From a virus (Duplodnaviria; Caudoviricetes), in IMG/VR virus record IMGVR_UViG_3300011443_000004, positions 1 through 51,364 of that record: a stretch of 51,364 nucleotides of DNA. One strand, given 5' to 3'. A program made the translations under genes and the position numbers. Of this stretch, positions 9,354-19,455 are shown in pieces; position 1 is the stretch's first letter, and each line of letters begins with the position of its first letter. The notes under the pieces were generated by a model that saw only the letters and a list, made by a program, of their open reading frames with translations, did not search any database and was not told where the DNA came from.

Positions 9354-9590
9354 ATGAGATTGCGATGTCCGCACTGCGATACAGACTACGCGGCCTCCCA
9401 CTGTGGGGTGCCCGCGCTCAAGCCAGAGCAGTCTGCGCAAATCACGGTGCTCTGCATCGTGTGTAAGAAGGGCTTCGATGTCACAGCCACACCGACTCCT
9501 GCAGAAGTGCCCTCGTGGTTTCAGCGAGTGGTGCGCCGCAAGCAGGGTAAGCCGGCAGGGCTGTCCGTTGTGTCCAGTAAGAGGGAGTAA
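9354..9590 (+). CDS. Small zinc-ribbon protein
   Basis: CPHC...CIVC; GGAG RBS. Confidence 0.6.
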   Translation: MRLRCPHCDTDYAASHCGVPALKPEQSAQITVLCIVCKKGFDVTATPTPAEVPSWFQRVVRRKQGKPAGLSVVSSKRE

Positions 9591-9593
9591 CCA

Positions 9594-10454
9594 ATGGCAC
9601 TCAGAATGTGGGGGCAGACCATCATCCAGGCCGCAACGCCGGGTGAAGACCCAGTGGTCTTGGGGACGCTCTGGGTGGATACCACGGGGACTCCTACCCT
9701 AAAGGTCTGCACGGGGCTCGCGCCGTATACGTTTGCGGCGATATCAGGCGGGAGCGTCGGACTCGATGACCTGACTGATGTGGTTATTACGAGTGCTGCG
9801 ACCGGCGACTACCTGCGGTTCAACGGCACCAACTGGGTCGATGTGGCGAGCGGTCAAATCGTGACCGACATCAATGCCGCGCTCGACCACGGGACACTGC
9901 TCGGGCTCTCCGATGACGACCACTCGATATACCTGCTCGCGTCAGGCGCGACTGACCGGGCGACGTTTGCGGCGGGATGGACGGACCTGACCGATGCAGG
10001 CGCGACGACACTACACAAGCACGACCACGGCGGGCAGGACGGACTTGCGGACGACGACCACACGCAGTATGCGCTGCTCACGGGGCGCGGTGGACAGGAG
10101 CTACTCGATACGGAGCTTCGGGACCACTCGGAGACGCAGACGACGGGCACCATCAGCACGAACACACTGGCGGTAGACTACACGGACGGTGCGGTGTTCG
10201 CGGTTGCGCTCAACGCGAATATCACGACGTTCACCATTGCGAACCCGCCTGCGAGCGGCGAGCACTGCGCGGTGACGTTCGTGTTTACCGCAGACGGCAC
10301 TATTCGCACCATCACCTGGCCGACTGGCACGGTGTGGCCGGCAGGCACTGCGCCGACGATGACGGGGACTAACAACAAGCGGGACATCATCACCCTCATG
10401 ACGTATGACGGGGGCACGGTGTGGTTCGGCATGATAGTGGGGCAGAACTACTAA
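9594..10454 (+). CDS. Tail fibre-like protein
   Basis: LDDLTDVVIT, FNGTNW, two GLxDDDHxxY repeats, and a C-terminal ITWP..VWPAGTAPT..DIITL..DGGTVW module. Confidence 0.8.
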   Translation: MALRMWGQTIIQAATPGEDPVVLGTLWVDTTGTPTLKVCTGLAPYTFAAISGGSVGLDDLTDVVITSAATGDYLRFNGTNWVDVASGQIVTDINAALDHGTLLGLSDDDHSIYLLASGATDRATFAAGWTDLTDAGATTLHKHDHGGQDGLADDDHTQYALLTGRGGQELLDTELRDHSETQTTGTISTNTLAVDYTDGAVFAVALNANITTFTIANPPASGEHCAVTFVFTADGTIRTITWPTGTVWPAGTAPTMTGTNNKRDIITLMTYDGGTVWFGMIVGQNY

Positions 10455-10669
10455 TGGCTGGAAGAGAAGCGGCGCGGCCACCTGAGGAAATCCCGGTGGT
10501 CGAGACAGAGGTCCCCAGTCGTCCGAACGAGCAGTTCCAGATGGCGATGGTGGATGCATCGGAGTATCGGGCCTGGCTCGATAGAGCGACAGCGGCCGGA
10601 TGGGAAGTGGAGTGCCAGCACCACGCTGGTTCCTCCCTCTTCATGGTCATCAAGAAACAGGTGGTCTAA
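10454..10669 (+). CDS. Small hypothetical protein
   Basis: TAATG-coupled on both sides. Confidence 0.6.
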   Translation: MAGREAARPPEEIPVVETEVPSRPNEQFQMAMVDASEYRAWLDRATAAGWEVECQHHAGSSLFMVIKKQVV

Positions 10670-12069
10670 TGCTCGCGCGCACACACGGGTTCATCCATCG
10701 AGTAGCGGCGGCGACAGGGCTGGTGTTCGTTGGGGGCACATCCGTAGGTGGAGACGGCGATGACTATACCTCCGTCTCGCTCACTTCCCTTACGGGTGGG
10801 ATAGCTTCGGCTCCAGCAGCCGGGGATATCGTCGTGGTGGTGCATGGCTGGTGTTCGGCGTCTGATGATAACCCGACGATTAGTGGCTATACCGAAGTAA
10901 CGGAACTCTACGCCAATGACGACCGCGATACCAACGTGGTGGTTGCGTATAAGGTGATGACCGGCACCCCGGATACGGCCATTACAGTGCCAAATACCGC
11001 GACTGGCGATAACGCGCAGGCGACAGTGGTGCATGTGTGGCGTTCTCAAAACGCCGCGCCGATTGATGTAGCCATAGCCACAGCAACAGGCACCAATTCG
11101 GACGTTCCCAATGCGCCAACCGTCACACCCATCACGACGGGGGCGGTCATTCTCGCATGTGCGTTGTCTGCGCAACAGGAAGCAAACGCGGCGCTCACCG
11201 TGCCCTCTGGCTATGGCAACTTCTTTGCCGGGCTTGGAGAGTCCGGCACAACCGAACGGCAAGCCCGCGCAGTGATTGCCTCGAAAGCCTGGACAGGTGG
11301 TGCGGAAGACCCACCCGTGTTCGGGGGAGGCTCGGCGGAAGTGAGAGCGTCATGGGGCGCGGTATCGGTGGTCTTGCGGCCCTCTTCATCCTCGGGGTTG
11401 GTGTTCGTTGGAGGCACCACTGCCGGGGGGAGAGGCGATACCTACACGTCGGTATCGCTCACGTCACTCACTGGAGGTATTGCCGCCGCGCCTGGACCTG
11501 GTGATGTCGTTATCGTGGTGCATGGCTGCATCGGCACGAGCGACGTAGACCCGTCAGTCAGCGGCTACACGGAACTGACGGAGCTATACGCCAATGATGA
11601 CGTGGACGCGAACGTGGCGGTTGCCTGGAAGATTATGGGACCGACCCCGGATACATCGGTCACGGTGTTTCAGGACGGCACTAGCTCGAACGGGCACGCG
11701 ACAGCGATACACGTCTGGCGCGGGGCTCACCAGACTACGCCGTTCAACGTAACGACTACGACGGCTACCGGCACGAACTCGGACAAGCCGGACTCACCGA
11801 CTATCACCCCGACGACGGCAGGGTCGATGGTGCTCTCGGTAGGGCTCGGAGCGCAGGACGACACCATAGCGGCCACACTGGTCGCGCCGACTGGCTACAC
11901 CGACAACGACTTCGTATCGAAGGGCGACGGGAGCACGCGGAGCGCGATAGCGGTTATCGCCTCGAAGGCGTGGGTGTCCGGCGCGGAAGACCCTGGCGCG
12001 TGGACTGGTGGAGAGGTTGATACTAGCAACTCGTGGGTAGCGGCGACACTCGTGCTGCAGCCCGCATAA
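10669..12069 (+). CDS. Tail/receptor-binding protein with two tandem ~225 aa homologous domains
   Basis: GLVFVGGT..YTSVSLTSLTGGIA..ELYANDD..VIASKAW..AEDP occurs twice. Confidence 0.75.
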   Translation: MLARTHGFIHRVAAATGLVFVGGTSVGGDGDDYTSVSLTSLTGGIASAPAAGDIVVVVHGWCSASDDNPTISGYTEVTELYANDDRDTNVVVAYKVMTGTPDTAITVPNTATGDNAQATVVHVWRSQNAAPIDVAIATATGTNSDVPNAPTVTPITTGAVILACALSAQQEANAALTVPSGYGNFFAGLGESGTTERQARAVIASKAWTGGAEDPPVFGGGSAEVRASWGAVSVVLRPSSSSGLVFVGGTTAGGRGDTYTSVSLTSLTGGIAAAPGPGDVVIVVHGCIGTSDVDPSVSGYTELTELYANDDVDANVAVAWKIMGPTPDTSVTVFQDGTSSNGHATAIHVWRGAHQTTPFNVTTTTATGTNSDKPDSPTITPTTAGSMVLSVGLGAQDDTIAATLVAPTGYTDNDFVSKGDGSTRSAIAVIASKAWVSGAEDPGAWTGGEVDTSNSWVAATLVLQPA

Positions 12070-12078
12070 AGGATACCG

Positions 12079-12792
12079 ATGGCGACACTACTTTCAGCAA
12101 TCGAGTCGCAGGCGCGCGAGCACCTGAATGAGGATACCGCCAGCTTCTGGACGAGCGCAGAGCTTATCCAGATTATCAACAACGGTATCAAAGACCTGTG
12201 GGGGATGATTCTGGACCTGAACCAGGAGCACTTCCTCACCATCGACGTGACCAATGTGAGCCTCGCGGTGAATTCCTCGACGCTCACTGGGGTGCCTGCG
12301 GATGTGTTCCGCGTGCATCTGATTGAGCCGCTGACGACCACTCCAGGGGCTACTGGCGCAGGCGTGTTGTTCGAGCCGGCTGACTACAACAGTCACAAGT
12401 TCATCAACGCGCGTCAGGCGACAGCGCAGGACCCCAGCGGCGGGCTGAAGGTCTACTACACGCTGAGTCAGGCGGGTGCGCCCGTGGGTGCGCCAACCGT
12501 GCATGTGGCTCCGCAGCTATCGACAGCGCTGAACCCGTTGCGGTTCGTGTATGTGCCGACGCTCGCTGCGGTGGCGGCGAACGCGAACAACCCGATACCG
12601 GGTGAGAGCGATAATGCGCTGATAGCCTACTGCGTGGCGTTCGCGCGAGCCAAGGAGCGGGAGACGGCCGACGCGGACCCGACCTGGCTGAACGTCTACA
12701 AGACGGAGAAGACTAACCTCGCGGTTCGGCTCACTCCACGTCAGACGCAAGAGCCGGAAGTAGTCGAAGACCTCTACGGTGCGTATCTCTAA
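12079..12792 (+). CDS. Head-tail adaptor / tail tubular protein A-like
   Basis: N-terminal ..REHLNED..FWTSAELIQIINNG motif typical of adaptors; position. Confidence 0.7.
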   Translation: MATLLSAIESQAREHLNEDTASFWTSAELIQIINNGIKDLWGMILDLNQEHFLTIDVTNVSLAVNSSTLTGVPADVFRVHLIEPLTTTPGATGAGVLFEPADYNSHKFINARQATAQDPSGGLKVYYTLSQAGAPVGAPTVHVAPQLSTALNPLRFVYVPTLAAVAANANNPIPGESDNALIAYCVAFARAKERETADADPTWLNVYKTEKTNLAVRLTPRQTQEPEVVEDLYGAYL

Positions 12793-12801
12793 AGGAGTCG
12801 T

Positions 12802-13020
12802 ATGCCTGCTACTATCCAGAAGCGCGTGTTTGCGCGTGTTGTGGAAGCAGGGAACCTCGAACCAGCAATCGCGGAAGTGACCAGTGAGGTTAATGCTTTC
12901 CTCAGCACTTTTGCTCTCGCTAGTCGTGTATTAGATGTCCGGATGCACACGGGACCGGCGTCGAAATACGGAGAGCGTTCGGTTCACATTGTTACGGTAT
13001 TCTACCTAGAGGTCACATAA
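12802..13020 (+). CDS. Hypothetical protein
   Basis: AAGGAG RBS. Confidence 0.65.
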   Translation: MPATIQKRVFARVVEAGNLEPAIAEVTSEVNAFLSTFALASRVLDVRMHTGPASKYGERSVHIVTVFYLEVT

Positions 13021-13021
13021 C

Positions 13022-13408
13022 ATGAGTCTGTTCACAGGAAGTATCAGAGAGATTGGTGACGCGCGAGCGTTAGACGTTGCAGTAGTTGATGGGCTCGGCG
13101 CACAGCTAACGGGATTCGACCCGTCGCGTCCCGCTAATGCCGGCATCACCACTGTCTCTGTAGACAACACGGTCGGGGGAACCTCGCTGCTCGTAGCGAA
13201 CCCGGCTCGTCGTCAATTCATCGTGCATAACGACAGCGCGGGCACCATCTTCGTTGCGCTCGCGGCAACAGCTTCGGCTACCGCCTTCACCTACGAAGTC
13301 GCTGGCAACAGCACCATCGAGGGGCCACTCAATGGCTACACGGGTGCAATATCGGCGTTTCGAGTGTCGGGTGTGAGCGCGGTTCGGGTGACGGAAGTCA
13401 CGACCTAA
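13022..13408 (+). CDS. Putative structural protein
   Basis: ANPARRQFIVHN beta-sandwich-like motif. Confidence 0.6.
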   Translation: MSLFTGSIREIGDARALDVAVVDGLGAQLTGFDPSRPANAGITTVSVDNTVGGTSLLVANPARRQFIVHNDSAGTIFVALAATASATAFTYEVAGNSTIEGPLNGYTGAISAFRVSGVSAVRVTEVTT

Positions 13409-13420
13409 ACAGGAGCAGAC

Positions 13421-14752
13421 ATGGCTGCAGGCAAGATTCGGAACTTCGGCTTCGGCGTAGACGGTGTGAACATCGTCACGGACCCGCTCAAGCTCAAGCC
13501 ATCAGAGGGTATCTCGCTCCAGAATGCGGAACTGGTGCCCAATGAGGCGACAGGCGGGCTCAGTGCGCTCACGCAGCGCAAGGGGCTCGATGCGTTGAAC
13601 GGGTCAGCGATGTCGGGGAGTGTCATCGGCATATACAACTGGCCGCTGCGCACCACCATCGTCAAGACGCTGTATGCAGCGAAGCAGACGGAGGACGCGA
13701 ACACGTTCCAGAGCACCATCGACGGCACGACCTGGGTGCCTACTTCGACGCCGGTAGCGCCAGTGACGGATGCTTACTTCGCGGATAACTCGAACGTGCA
13801 GTCGGCGCGACGATTCGCCGGCTTCAAGAACCTGTTGATATACCCGGGCGGGACCTACACGCAGGATTCCGCGAACCCGACCATTCAGTCGTGGAACGGG
13901 ACCGATGCGTTCACGGTGACGGCGATTCCGGTGGGGCCTGGCGATAGCTCGGACGAACCCTTCGTCATCGTTGACCAGTTGACGATTGGCGACAAGACGT
14001 ATCTGGCGGTGAGCGACCCGGGCGGCGGCGCAGCACCAGACCACGCAGGGCGCGTGCTGCAGCTAGACATGACCACGGGCAAGCTGCGGCAGGTAGCGAG
14101 CACGTTCGGCAACGACTCGGGCCAGATGGGCGGGGGCACCCCGTGCTGCATGGCTTACTACCAGAATCAGCTATTCGTCGGGCTCAATGGTAGCGCCACG
14201 ACCAATGGCATCGGCAAGATTGTGCGATGCTTCCCTGACGTGGACGAGACGTGGACGGTAGATGTCTCGAACCTGGTCAGTCACCCCGTGACGCTCATCG
14301 CGGAGGGCGGCGGGATGCTCGTGGGGACGCGCAGCAGTGCGACGACCGGCGCGCAGGTTTACTTCCGCTCCAACTCGGCGTTGACGTGGGGCTCGGAGCT
14401 AACCAGTGGCGGCGGCGCAGCGGGCAGCGGCCACTACCAGGGGCTCGTGTCCTACAACGGCGAAGTGTATTGCGTGGAATACCACTCCACGACGCCTATC
14501 ATCAACATCAAGAAGCGCACGGCGCTCGGCGTGTGGTCTACCGTTCGTGACGTAGCCACGACTGACAGTGGCGTGGCCGGCAACCTGCCTGGCAACGGCA
14601 TCGTGTTCAACAGCAAGTTGTTCTTCACCTTCCGGTCACTGACGGCAGGCGGCAACGACGGCTTCATCTTGCAGTGTGCGACCTCGACGTGGACGAAGGT
14701 GCTCACCGATAACATCGGCGGGTCGATGGCGATACTGACGCAGCGGAGCTAA
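13421..14752 (+). CDS. Tail protein, beta-propeller-like
   Basis: N-terminus resembles a tail-hub (P22 gp10-like) start; propeller-like repeats. Confidence 0.6.
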   Translation: MAAGKIRNFGFGVDGVNIVTDPLKLKPSEGISLQNAELVPNEATGGLSALTQRKGLDALNGSAMSGSVIGIYNWPLRTTIVKTLYAAKQTEDANTFQSTIDGTTWVPTSTPVAPVTDAYFADNSNVQSARRFAGFKNLLIYPGGTYTQDSANPTIQSWNGTDAFTVTAIPVGPGDSSDEPFVIVDQLTIGDKTYLAVSDPGGGAAPDHAGRVLQLDMTTGKLRQVASTFGNDSGQMGGGTPCCMAYYQNQLFVGLNGSATTNGIGKIVRCFPDVDETWTVDVSNLVSHPVTLIAEGGGMLVGTRSSATTGAQVYFRSNSALTWGSELTSGGGAAGSGHYQGLVSYNGEVYCVEYHSTTPIINIKKRTALGVWSTVRDVATTDSGVAGNLPGNGIVFNSKLFFTFRSLTAGGNDGFILQCATSTWTKVLTDNIGGSMAILTQRS

Positions 14753-14753
14753 C

Positions 14754-16376
14754 ATGGCATTCATTCTCGCGCAAGCAGGCACGACGCTCTACAAGGTTGA
14801 TGTCTCCACAGGCACAGCGACTGCGCTGACGCTGCCTACGGGAGTCACACTCAACTCGACGCGCAAGCCGAAGTTTGCCACGCTTGGGGAGTGGGTCGTG
14901 ATGACTCACTCGCCCTCGAAGAACCTGGCGATTGACGTGGAGGGCACCGTGCGGGTGCTCTGCCCGCAAGCGCCACTCAACGGGCCGACTACTTCCAACG
15001 TGGCGGGTGGGTCTGCTCTCACTGGCACCTACAAGTATTGGGTGTCCTTCTACGTGAAGGATGCGGACGGCAACGTGCTCATGGAGAGCCCGCTGAGTCT
15101 GCCCTCGGTGGAGCTAACGGTCACGACCGATGACATCGAGGTAGGCGAGCTTCCGTTGTCGGGGGATACGGTTACTGGGCGAAGACTGTATCGGAGCCTG
15201 ACCGGGGGCGTGGTTCCCTACAGGCTATTCGACGTGGACGACAATACCTCGAACAGCGTGCGCGACGGGATTGCGGACACGACGCTTGAACTGCTGCCCT
15301 CGCTCGCGGAGTTCTATGTGTCGCCGCCCGGGACAGTCCCTGGGTTCCAGATGAAGTCGATTGTGGAGTGGAAGTCGCGGCTGTGGGGAGTCTCCAACGA
15401 CCCCACGTTGGTAGACACCATCTTCGCCAGCGACACGAACAAAATCTACACCTGGCCGAATAGCCTCGTAGCGCATCCGGCCGGCATCGACAAGGAAGGT
15501 GTGGTCGGGTTCGGCGTGCGGCGGAACCATCTTGGGTTCATGAAGCGAACAGGTATCTGGGCCGTCAGTGCGACGAGCGGTGGCACTGGTATCGACTTTA
15601 CCCGGCTGACCGTCTCACAGATTGCTCCACGTCAGGCGGGGTGCCTGGCTGAGGATAGCATTCTGACCATCAACGACAAGGTCTACTGGCTAGGCCGCGA
15701 CGGGGTGTATGAGTGGGACGACAACGGCGTGAAGTCGGTGAGCGATACGTTGGTCGCGCCGTGGTTCAAGAAGGGCACGACGGTCTTCAATCGGGACCGC
15801 TTTCAATATGCGTTTGCGCGCTACAACGCGGTCACGAACAGCTACGAGCTTCACCTGGCCGCTGCCGCTGCCAGCACCGAGAACCGATGGGTGAGCTTCA
15901 ACCTCACCAACCGATGTTGGTATGGTCCGCATGTGACGGGCGCGTTCACACCGACGCACGCGGGCGATGCTACTGACGCGAACGGGTTGCCCCTGACGCT
16001 GGTCGGAGGTAGCGATGGCGTTATCTACGCCGGCAATGGCAGCAACAACCGCGACGGCTCTGCGACGGCTATCGACATGGACTGCTATGGTCCGTGGCAT
16101 CACGGGGAGGACCCGGATGATACGAACTACTACGGTCAGGTGTCGGTGCTCTCGCGCGTAGAGTCGGCGGGCACAATGGAGGTCATCCCCGTGGTGGGAC
16201 GCCTCGATACGACGGCACAGGCGGCTATCACGCACACGCTGACTACAGGGCGTGAGAGGTTGCGGCGGCTCGGCGTAGGCGCACTGATGCGGTTGCGGTT
16301 TCGCAAGAACACCGTGAACCAGAGCGCGAGCATCTACGGGTATGAACTCCCGTGGCACACTATCGGACGGAGGTAA
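14754..16376 (+). CDS. Tail hub / stabilisation protein (P22 gp10 or tubular protein B-like)
   Basis: GCLAEDSI..VYWLGRDGVYEW..VKSVS pattern; C-terminal MRLRF. Confidence 0.7.
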   Translation: MAFILAQAGTTLYKVDVSTGTATALTLPTGVTLNSTRKPKFATLGEWVVMTHSPSKNLAIDVEGTVRVLCPQAPLNGPTTSNVAGGSALTGTYKYWVSFYVKDADGNVLMESPLSLPSVELTVTTDDIEVGELPLSGDTVTGRRLYRSLTGGVVPYRLFDVDDNTSNSVRDGIADTTLELLPSLAEFYVSPPGTVPGFQMKSIVEWKSRLWGVSNDPTLVDTIFASDTNKIYTWPNSLVAHPAGIDKEGVVGFGVRRNHLGFMKRTGIWAVSATSGGTGIDFTRLTVSQIAPRQAGCLAEDSILTINDKVYWLGRDGVYEWDDNGVKSVSDTLVAPWFKKGTTVFNRDRFQYAFARYNAVTNSYELHLAAAAASTENRWVSFNLTNRCWYGPHVTGAFTPTHAGDATDANGLPLTLVGGSDGVIYAGNGSNNRDGSATAIDMDCYGPWHHGEDPDDTNYYGQVSVLSRVESAGTMEVIPVVGRLDTTAQAAITHTLTTGRERLRRLGVGALMRLRFRKNTVNQSASIYGYELPWHTIGRR

Positions 16377-16377
16377 C

Positions 16378-17355
16378 GTGGCGAATGACATCTTCGACAA
16401 ACCGTTCTCACTCGTCGGGGACGCGACCCCGGAGAAGATGTATCAGATTGATGCGATGTTCGAGGACATCTATCGGCGCTTGGCCTCGACGCAGCAGACG
16501 GTCGTGCAGGCGTTTCCGGAAGGACAGCCTGTTGACGTGACGCGATGGAAGACGGGTCCGTGGACGTATGATGGCATCGTGCCGTCTGCGCGCGTGGCCC
16601 GCCTCGTCCACAACCTGGCGGCGGCGACGGAGTATGCGGACTTCGCGCCGGAAGGCATCGACACCTGCGTCGAGATAGCCGTGACTCCGCTCGGAGCCGG
16701 CGCGTCCATCAGCGGTATCCGCCACTTCGGGCAGATATCGCGCAAAATCTGCATCGTGAACGCCAGCGGCACCGAGTCGCTGACGATTCCGCATGAGGAA
16801 GCGACTTCGACAGACATCTACCGCTTCAATCTCCCCGACAGCACCGACATTGTGCTCGCACCCTACCAGGTGCTGTGGGCGAGCTACAACCCGGAGCTTC
16901 ACCGCTGGCAGTTGATGGTGACGCCGCATTCGTCGGGCGGGCTCTCGGGCGGGGGCGGGGTTGCACTCTACGCTTCGCGGACCTTCTTGGAGGCTGAACT
17001 GGAGGCCATGACGGGGGCGACGTTCTGCGAGGTCATCCCTGCGATAGCGAATACCTGTATCGTCCCCCTCGATGTGGTGTGGGACAACGATGTGACAGAC
17101 GCCTACACCAACGCGCCGACGTGGGTGGTGCATCGAAACGGCGGGGGCGGAAACGGGTTGATAACCCCGCTGTCACTGACCTACAGCACCGGCCCGCGTC
17201 GTCAGGTGTATCGGTCGGCTATGGTGGCTGGCTCAGACCCTTTGGCCGACTTTTCTGGGACAAATGTAGGCTGCACCCTTGCGGCTGCACTCACCGGGGT
17301 CGGCGCGGCTACGACCACTGTCCACATCTGGTATGGGACTTTTAGCACGGTATAA
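16378..17355 (+). CDS. Putative tail protein
   Basis: GGAGG plus GTG start directly after the tail-hub gene. Confidence 0.6.
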   Translation: MANDIFDKPFSLVGDATPEKMYQIDAMFEDIYRRLASTQQTVVQAFPEGQPVDVTRWKTGPWTYDGIVPSARVARLVHNLAAATEYADFAPEGIDTCVEIAVTPLGAGASISGIRHFGQISRKICIVNASGTESLTIPHEEATSTDIYRFNLPDSTDIVLAPYQVLWASYNPELHRWQLMVTPHSSGGLSGGGGVALYASRTFLEAELEAMTGATFCEVIPAIANTCIVPLDVVWDNDVTDAYTNAPTWVVHRNGGGGNGLITPLSLTYSTGPRRQVYRSAMVAGSDPLADFSGTNVGCTLAAALTGVGAATTTVHIWYGTFSTV

Positions 17356-17370
17356 GCAAGAAACGTGCCA
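17355..17370 (-). promoter_or_regulatory. sigma54-type site, antisense, upstream of ejection genes
   Basis: Minus strand TGGCACGTTTCTTGCT (consensus match); TAAAAT at 17378-17383 on the + strand. Confidence 0.7.
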
Positions 17371-17401
17371 AATAGGGTAAAATAGAAGGGGAGTTTACAC
17401 A

Positions 17402-18178
17402 ATGACCATGCTTGCGGAACAAAAGGCTCAGATGAGCCAGATGTCGCCCGGGTCTACCGAGAAGTATATCTACAACTCGATAGGTGGGCGGACACTCAAT
17501 CCGTATTACACGGCACCGACCTCTCAGCCGTCTTCGAGCAATGTAGGGGCCACCGTCAACATGAATGACGGGTCCGTGCGCTACCGAACGGCGACGGGCG
17601 GGCTGTCTACGATGCTGCCGACCTCGTCTACGCCGTATGCGGATTCGGACCCTACGGCGCAAGAGTTTGGGCAGGGCGGGCCGATGTCCACCCAGTTCAA
17701 TTCTCAGGTGACAGGTGCGTCCGCGATTGGTGACGACGCATACAACGAGCAGCAGCGGATGCTACTCGCTGACAAGCTGTCGCGCGAGCGCATGGCGAGC
17801 CTATCTGGAATGATGGGCGATACCGCAGCGCGCGTGCAGATGCCGGGTGGTCCGGATGAGACGGCGGCGCGCAGTGCGGCGTTTGCGCGTGCGAAGGAGC
17901 AGGCGGGCTCGACGGCTCGGTCTGCGCTCATGTCGCTCCAGGGCGCGATTGACGAGCGCGGCATGACGGGTTCCAGCGTGGAAGCCGGTCAGGCGGGCGG
18001 CGTCATCGGTGGCGCGGCCAACAGCGTGGGTGACTTCACCCGCGAACAACTGATACAGGACCTGAACAGGGCCAGCCAGATTGCCGACATGCGCTATCAG
18101 GGTGATATCACGCAGCGTGGGCAGGACATGAACCGCACCCAGACCCTCATGGGCCTGATGGCGGGGGCGGCATACTAA
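17402..18178 (+). CDS. Putative internal virion/ejection protein
   Basis: Q/A/G/M-rich, with an ITQRGQD motif seen in pilot/ejection proteins. Confidence 0.6.
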   Translation: MTMLAEQKAQMSQMSPGSTEKYIYNSIGGRTLNPYYTAPTSQPSSSNVGATVNMNDGSVRYRTATGGLSTMLPTSSTPYADSDPTAQEFGQGGPMSTQFNSQVTGASAIGDDAYNEQQRMLLADKLSRERMASLSGMMGDTAARVQMPGGPDETAARSAAFARAKEQAGSTARSALMSLQGAIDERGMTGSSVEAGQAGGVIGGAANSVGDFTREQLIQDLNRASQIADMRYQGDITQRGQDMNRTQTLMGLMAGAAY

Positions 18179-18627
18179 TGGCCCGCGAGATGCTCGACAC
18201 GCGCGTGTTCGGGGGCAACCACGGACAGCAAGGGGTGTTCGACCGGAACGACCCCAACATGAAGAATGAGGCGCTCCAGCGGCTACAGGAGTTGACCTCC
18301 CAATACGGAGCCATGCTCGACTCGAACTACACGGGCGAGACTGGCTTCGCAGCGAACGACGCGGACAGCTACTACAAGTGGCGGAACGCGACTACGGAAG
18401 CCGACAACATCAATCGGTCACTCGGTGGAAAAGCCGGGATGAACATCCACTCGGTCGTCCCACAAGGCGGCGAGCTATCCGCGATGAACCCGCAATTGCG
18501 GCAGGAGTCGCGGCTCGGGCCTGACGCGACGGGTGACTTGGTGAACAAGCACTATCAGCGTGCGGCCAGTGCGAACCCGGCGATGCAGTCCCTCAGCGAC
18601 CTTATCATGCGGAAGAGGTTCCAATAA
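18178..18627 (+). CDS. Putative internal virion protein
   Basis: Coupled; composition. Confidence 0.55.
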   Translation: MAREMLDTRVFGGNHGQQGVFDRNDPNMKNEALQRLQELTSQYGAMLDSNYTGETGFAANDADSYYKWRNATTEADNINRSLGGKAGMNIHSVVPQGGELSAMNPQLRQESRLGPDATGDLVNKHYQRAASANPAMQSLSDLIMRKRFQ

Positions 18628-19454
18628 TGGTTCACGACCCAAACGCCCTGCGAGCCCTTCTGGGTATGCAGGCACTGAGCAATCAGGCGACACCGGGTGT
18701 TGACCCGTTCGTGGCGAAGCGACGGGCGCAGATTTACAGCGGTGAGGATGCGCTCGCCAACAGCGAAGTCGAGCAGCGGCGCGCACAGATGGCAGAGCCC
18801 ACGCTGGGCCTGTCGCGCGAGCAATACCGCGACGACGCCATGAACAAGCTGAAGAAGACGCTGGGGATGCAGCAGATTCAGGCGCAGCAGGAGCTTGCGC
18901 TGAAGATGGCCCCTGAGCAACTGAAGGGTGAGTATGACCTCCGTGGACGCGAGATGTCCAACGAAGGCCAGTTGAACGTCGCCAAGACCTACGCGCAGCA
19001 GCGGGAGGAAACGGCAGCGGCGAACAACGCGGCTCGCGCGCAAGCGCAGCAAGAGATGTTCATGCAGCATCAGGCGGACCCGAACCGCTCGATGACGGTC
19101 GCTGGAGTCGGCTCGATTGGTGCGGCCCCTCGGCAGGCTACGCCACCGAACACGACCGTCCCTGCTCCGCTTTACAAGGCGGTTGACGAAGCGAAGGCTG
19201 CGTATGAGTCTTACGCGAACAACCCGCTCGGGCGCACGCTGTTCGGTGCGAGCCGCAACAACAACTACTCTTCGGCGCTGACCAACTTGCTCGACAAGAA
19301 GGGCACGCTGCAGGAAGTCGAGGAAGTGTTCGGCATTCTGCGCGGCGTCGATGGCGCGACCATCGAAGAGAAGATTGCGAACAGCGGCGACCCCGCGATG
19401 CAAGCGCTCGACCCCTACGAGAGACAGTATCTGCAGTTGAAGCTGGGACAATAA
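18627..19454 (+). CDS. Putative internal virion/ejection protein
   Basis: Q/A-rich, helical. Confidence 0.55.
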   Translation: MVHDPNALRALLGMQALSNQATPGVDPFVAKRRAQIYSGEDALANSEVEQRRAQMAEPTLGLSREQYRDDAMNKLKKTLGMQQIQAQQELALKMAPEQLKGEYDLRGREMSNEGQLNVAKTYAQQREETAAANNAARAQAQQEMFMQHQADPNRSMTVAGVGSIGAAPRQATPPNTTVPAPLYKAVDEAKAAYESYANNPLGRTLFGASRNNNYSSALTNLLDKKGTLQEVEEVFGILRGVDGATIEEKIANSGDPAMQALDPYERQYLQLKLGQ

Positions 19455-19455
19455 C

